A stretch of DNA of 64,000 nt from the NCBI GenBank assembly GCA_964252035.1, contig OZ176206.1. One strand, given 5' to 3'. Every line of letters starts with the position of its first letter. Position 1 is the stretch's first letter. A program made the position numbers and the translations under genes. Of this stretch, positions 61,166-64,000 are shown in pieces. Source of the stretch: Podarcis erhardii (Eukaryota). The notes beneath the pieces were generated by a model. It saw only the letters and a list, made by a program, of their open reading frames with translations. It did not search any database and was not told the DNA's origin.

Positions 61166-62301
61166 GTAACCCTCAACTCTAGATATCTTGGGATGTGGCA
61201 ACCAGCAGCTTGGTGCTGTGATGGGGCTGGGTAAGGAGAGGGCATCACATTAGTACTACAGACTAAGGCTCTGTGTAAACATGCACTTGCATGTGTGTGG
61301 TACCCATATGGGAACATCCTTGACCCAGCGTATTTGATGTTGAGTTAGCCATGGGCACCCAAACCTATCTTAGGACAGTCTATGCAATGGTTTTCTTCTC
61401 AAGTGTGTTGGCATGACGAGAGCTGATCCCTGGCAGCTTATGTCTTAGGCTTGCCATCACTTAGGGTGACCAGAAAGAACCACAGGCAACAATTGTTATC
61501 ATTATTTTGATTGCATTTGCCTTTTCCTCCAAGGAGGTCAAGGTGGTGACCATGGTCTTCCCACTCCTCCTTTAATCTCCACAACAACCCTGTGAGGTGG
61601 GTTAGACCGAGAGGCAGTGATGGGCCCCCAAGGTCACCCAGTGAGCTTCATGGCCAAGTGGGGGAATTGAACTCTGGTCTCCTAGCTCCTAGTCTGCCAC
61701 TCAAACCACTACACTACGCTGGCTCCCTGTGCCCCTGTGGCTTGCAAATGGCCCTGTGGGTGGGCTTTTGAACTTCTTGGTTTCCACCAAGGACCTTTGG
61801 GGTGTGTGCTTCTTTGGGGTCCAGGGAAGGGTCTGTGATGCCCCAGCATTGTTGAAGCTAATCAGGATCAGGCCTCATGAGACACGAAGCTCCAAGAAAG
61901 TCAAACGGAACTTCTTAATGGAGCACAGTAGGCTTGCAAGGTGTTTTTCTTCCCTCTGAAGAGGCACTAACCATGCCTCCCTCCCTTCTAAATCAGCAGC
62001 CACCAGAACGCCACGGGTACAAGGATGACTACAGTCAGGTGAGTGTGCCTGCTGCAACTCTGTGGGAAGGTGGTGGGGAAATGTCTGTGAATGGCTTAGT
62101 GTGTCTGGCTGTTAACCAGAAGGTTGGTGGTGCAAGCCCACCCAGAGATGGCTGTGGGCAGGATTCCTGCATGGCCCCTTCCAACTCTACAATTCTATGA
62201 CTCCTCTGTGATGCTGTTTGCTAAGCATTTCACCCAGCTCTGCCTTGGAAGTTGCAGAAGTTTGTGGGGAAGCTTCACTGTAGTCCTTGGCTCTCCTGTA
62301 G

Positions 62302-62421
<120 letters not shown>

Positions 62422-62424
62422 TAG

Positions 62425-62820
<396 letters not shown>

Positions 62821-62884
62821 TAATAGAACAATGAGGGCTGGGGAAGTGCTAAGGTCAACAAGGTTGATAAAAAGTCGGAGAAAA

Positions 62885-62938
62885 GAGGGAGAGGGAGAGG
62901 GAGAGGGAGAGGGAGAGGGAGAGAGGGAGAGAGGGAGA
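62885..62938. repeat. (GGAGAG)n purine-rich simple repeat
   Basis: Tandem gggaga units in CHD5 intron 5. Confidence 0.9.
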
Positions 62939-63069
62939 AGCCCAGGAAAGTCTTGAGCCCTTGATAACTGCTGAATGCTCAAGTGAGGGAAGTACGTGGG
63001 ATTTTAGGGCTCAGGAGAAGTAATGAAATTCAGGTGGTCTCCATTGCAAATGCCTCTATGTTCCTGCAG

Positions 63070-63194
63070 GTCCCGGCGTGCGGAAAAAAATTAAGAACAC
63101 CAAAGAGATCAAGAAGAAGGGGAAAGGGAAGAAAGTGGGGGCTCTGAAATTCCGCTTTGGGGGAATTGCCAACAAGAGGAAAAAGGGCTCCTCG
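63070..63194 (+). CDS. CHD5: CHD5 exon 6
   Basis: ctgcag|GTCCCG...TCCTCG|gtaagt; 125 nt; [42 protein letters not shown]. Confidence 0.97.
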
Positions 63195-63975
63195 GTAAGT
63201 AAGCTCCTGTCTGTACTAAAGCCCAGTGTTCCTGGGCACGTGCAGAATCACTGCTCACATGCCTGCAACCTTTGCAATAAGAGTGGCAGTCCCCTGACCT
63301 CCCCAGCTTTCTGCATCCTCCTGCCTGTCCCACAACTGCACTAAGTCACTACTTCTGAGACTGGATAGCTCTTGTTCAAAGAGAGGTGGGCAGTGGTCTA
63401 GGGGTGTGGAGGGTTGAAGTCCTGTTACTCTTTCTGAAGCTGGGTCATGGTCTGCAGGGTCCTGGGGCTGCCCAATCAGCATGAAAGGGGAGCTTTTTAG
63501 CCACCGAGAAGAGGTCTTCTCACCCTCTGGGCTGATTGGAGCCAATCATAGTGGAAGGAGGCAAGTCAGCCTCTGAGGATGGGTTCCTCGGGTTCCTCTG
63601 GAGAAGACACACAGGAAGAAGACCTAGGAGGAATTATTTTGTGTGCTCCAGGGCTAAGCATTTAGGTGCTTCAGTTTCAAGGGAACCCAAGTTCTGCTAT
63701 GAACAGCATGGAAAACAAGTTGCTCCACAAGATCGTATTGGAGCACTCCAAATCTTTTCCCTATGTAGGTTCACACAGAAAATAGTAGATCGAGCTGAAA
63801 GGCAGCACAAGGAGATCTGCATTGATCACTGTAATGCATCCCTAATTACATTGTCTAATGCTAGAAGGTTGTGTCATCTCGAAGGGAGTGGTTATGGCTG
63901 GAGGCGGGTGGCATGGGCTGGTGACTGGGAGAGTCCCCAGTGTCAGCAGTGCTAACCATGTGGCTTCCCTTCCAG

Positions 63976-64000
63976 AGTGAGGAGGAGGAACGGGAGGAAT
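63976..64000 (+). CDS. CHD5: CHD5 exon 7 (start only; continues beyond window)
   Basis: cttccag|AGTGAGGAGGAGGAACGGGAGGAAT; SEEEEREE(S), like the recalled human SEEDEREES. Confidence 0.9.

Overview
Vertebrate genomic DNA from a squamate reptile, probably a lacertid lizard (inferred from the Sauria-type SINE copies). The window carries the conserved block ICMT(+) >< RNF207(-) <> RPL22(+) > CHD5(+), syntenic with human 1p36.31. I reconstructed exons by hand from GT-AG junctions and phase continuity: ICMT exons 2-5 (exon 1 lies off-window), all 17 coding exons of RNF207 (1989 nt, 662 aa), all 4 RPL22 coding exons (387 nt, 128 aa, with 5'TOP/CpG promoter), and CHD5 exons 1-6 plus the start of exon 7. 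The rest is mostly transposon-derived: Sauria SINEs, CR1, L2 and Rex1/Babar fragments, hAT and Tc1/mariner MITEs. The most striking unexplained structure is a 439-bp insertion in CHD5 intron 2 (54554-54992). It has 188-bp inverted arms with one mismatch and a 13-14 bp TSD, and each arm encodes a minimal type I hammerhead ribozyme typical of Penelope-like retroelement pseudo-LTRs. A second TSD-flanked copy at 46145-46303 is identical over 128 bp. Other notable signals are a canonical RE1/NRSE and RFX X-boxes in CHD5, an ERRE/NKX2-5-like motif cluster upstream of RNF207, a 330-bp tandem duplication upstream of RPL22, and inverted SINE pairs around RNF207 exon blocks. There is one assembly gap (36588-36719). 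Family names and human comparisons come from memory, not from database searches.
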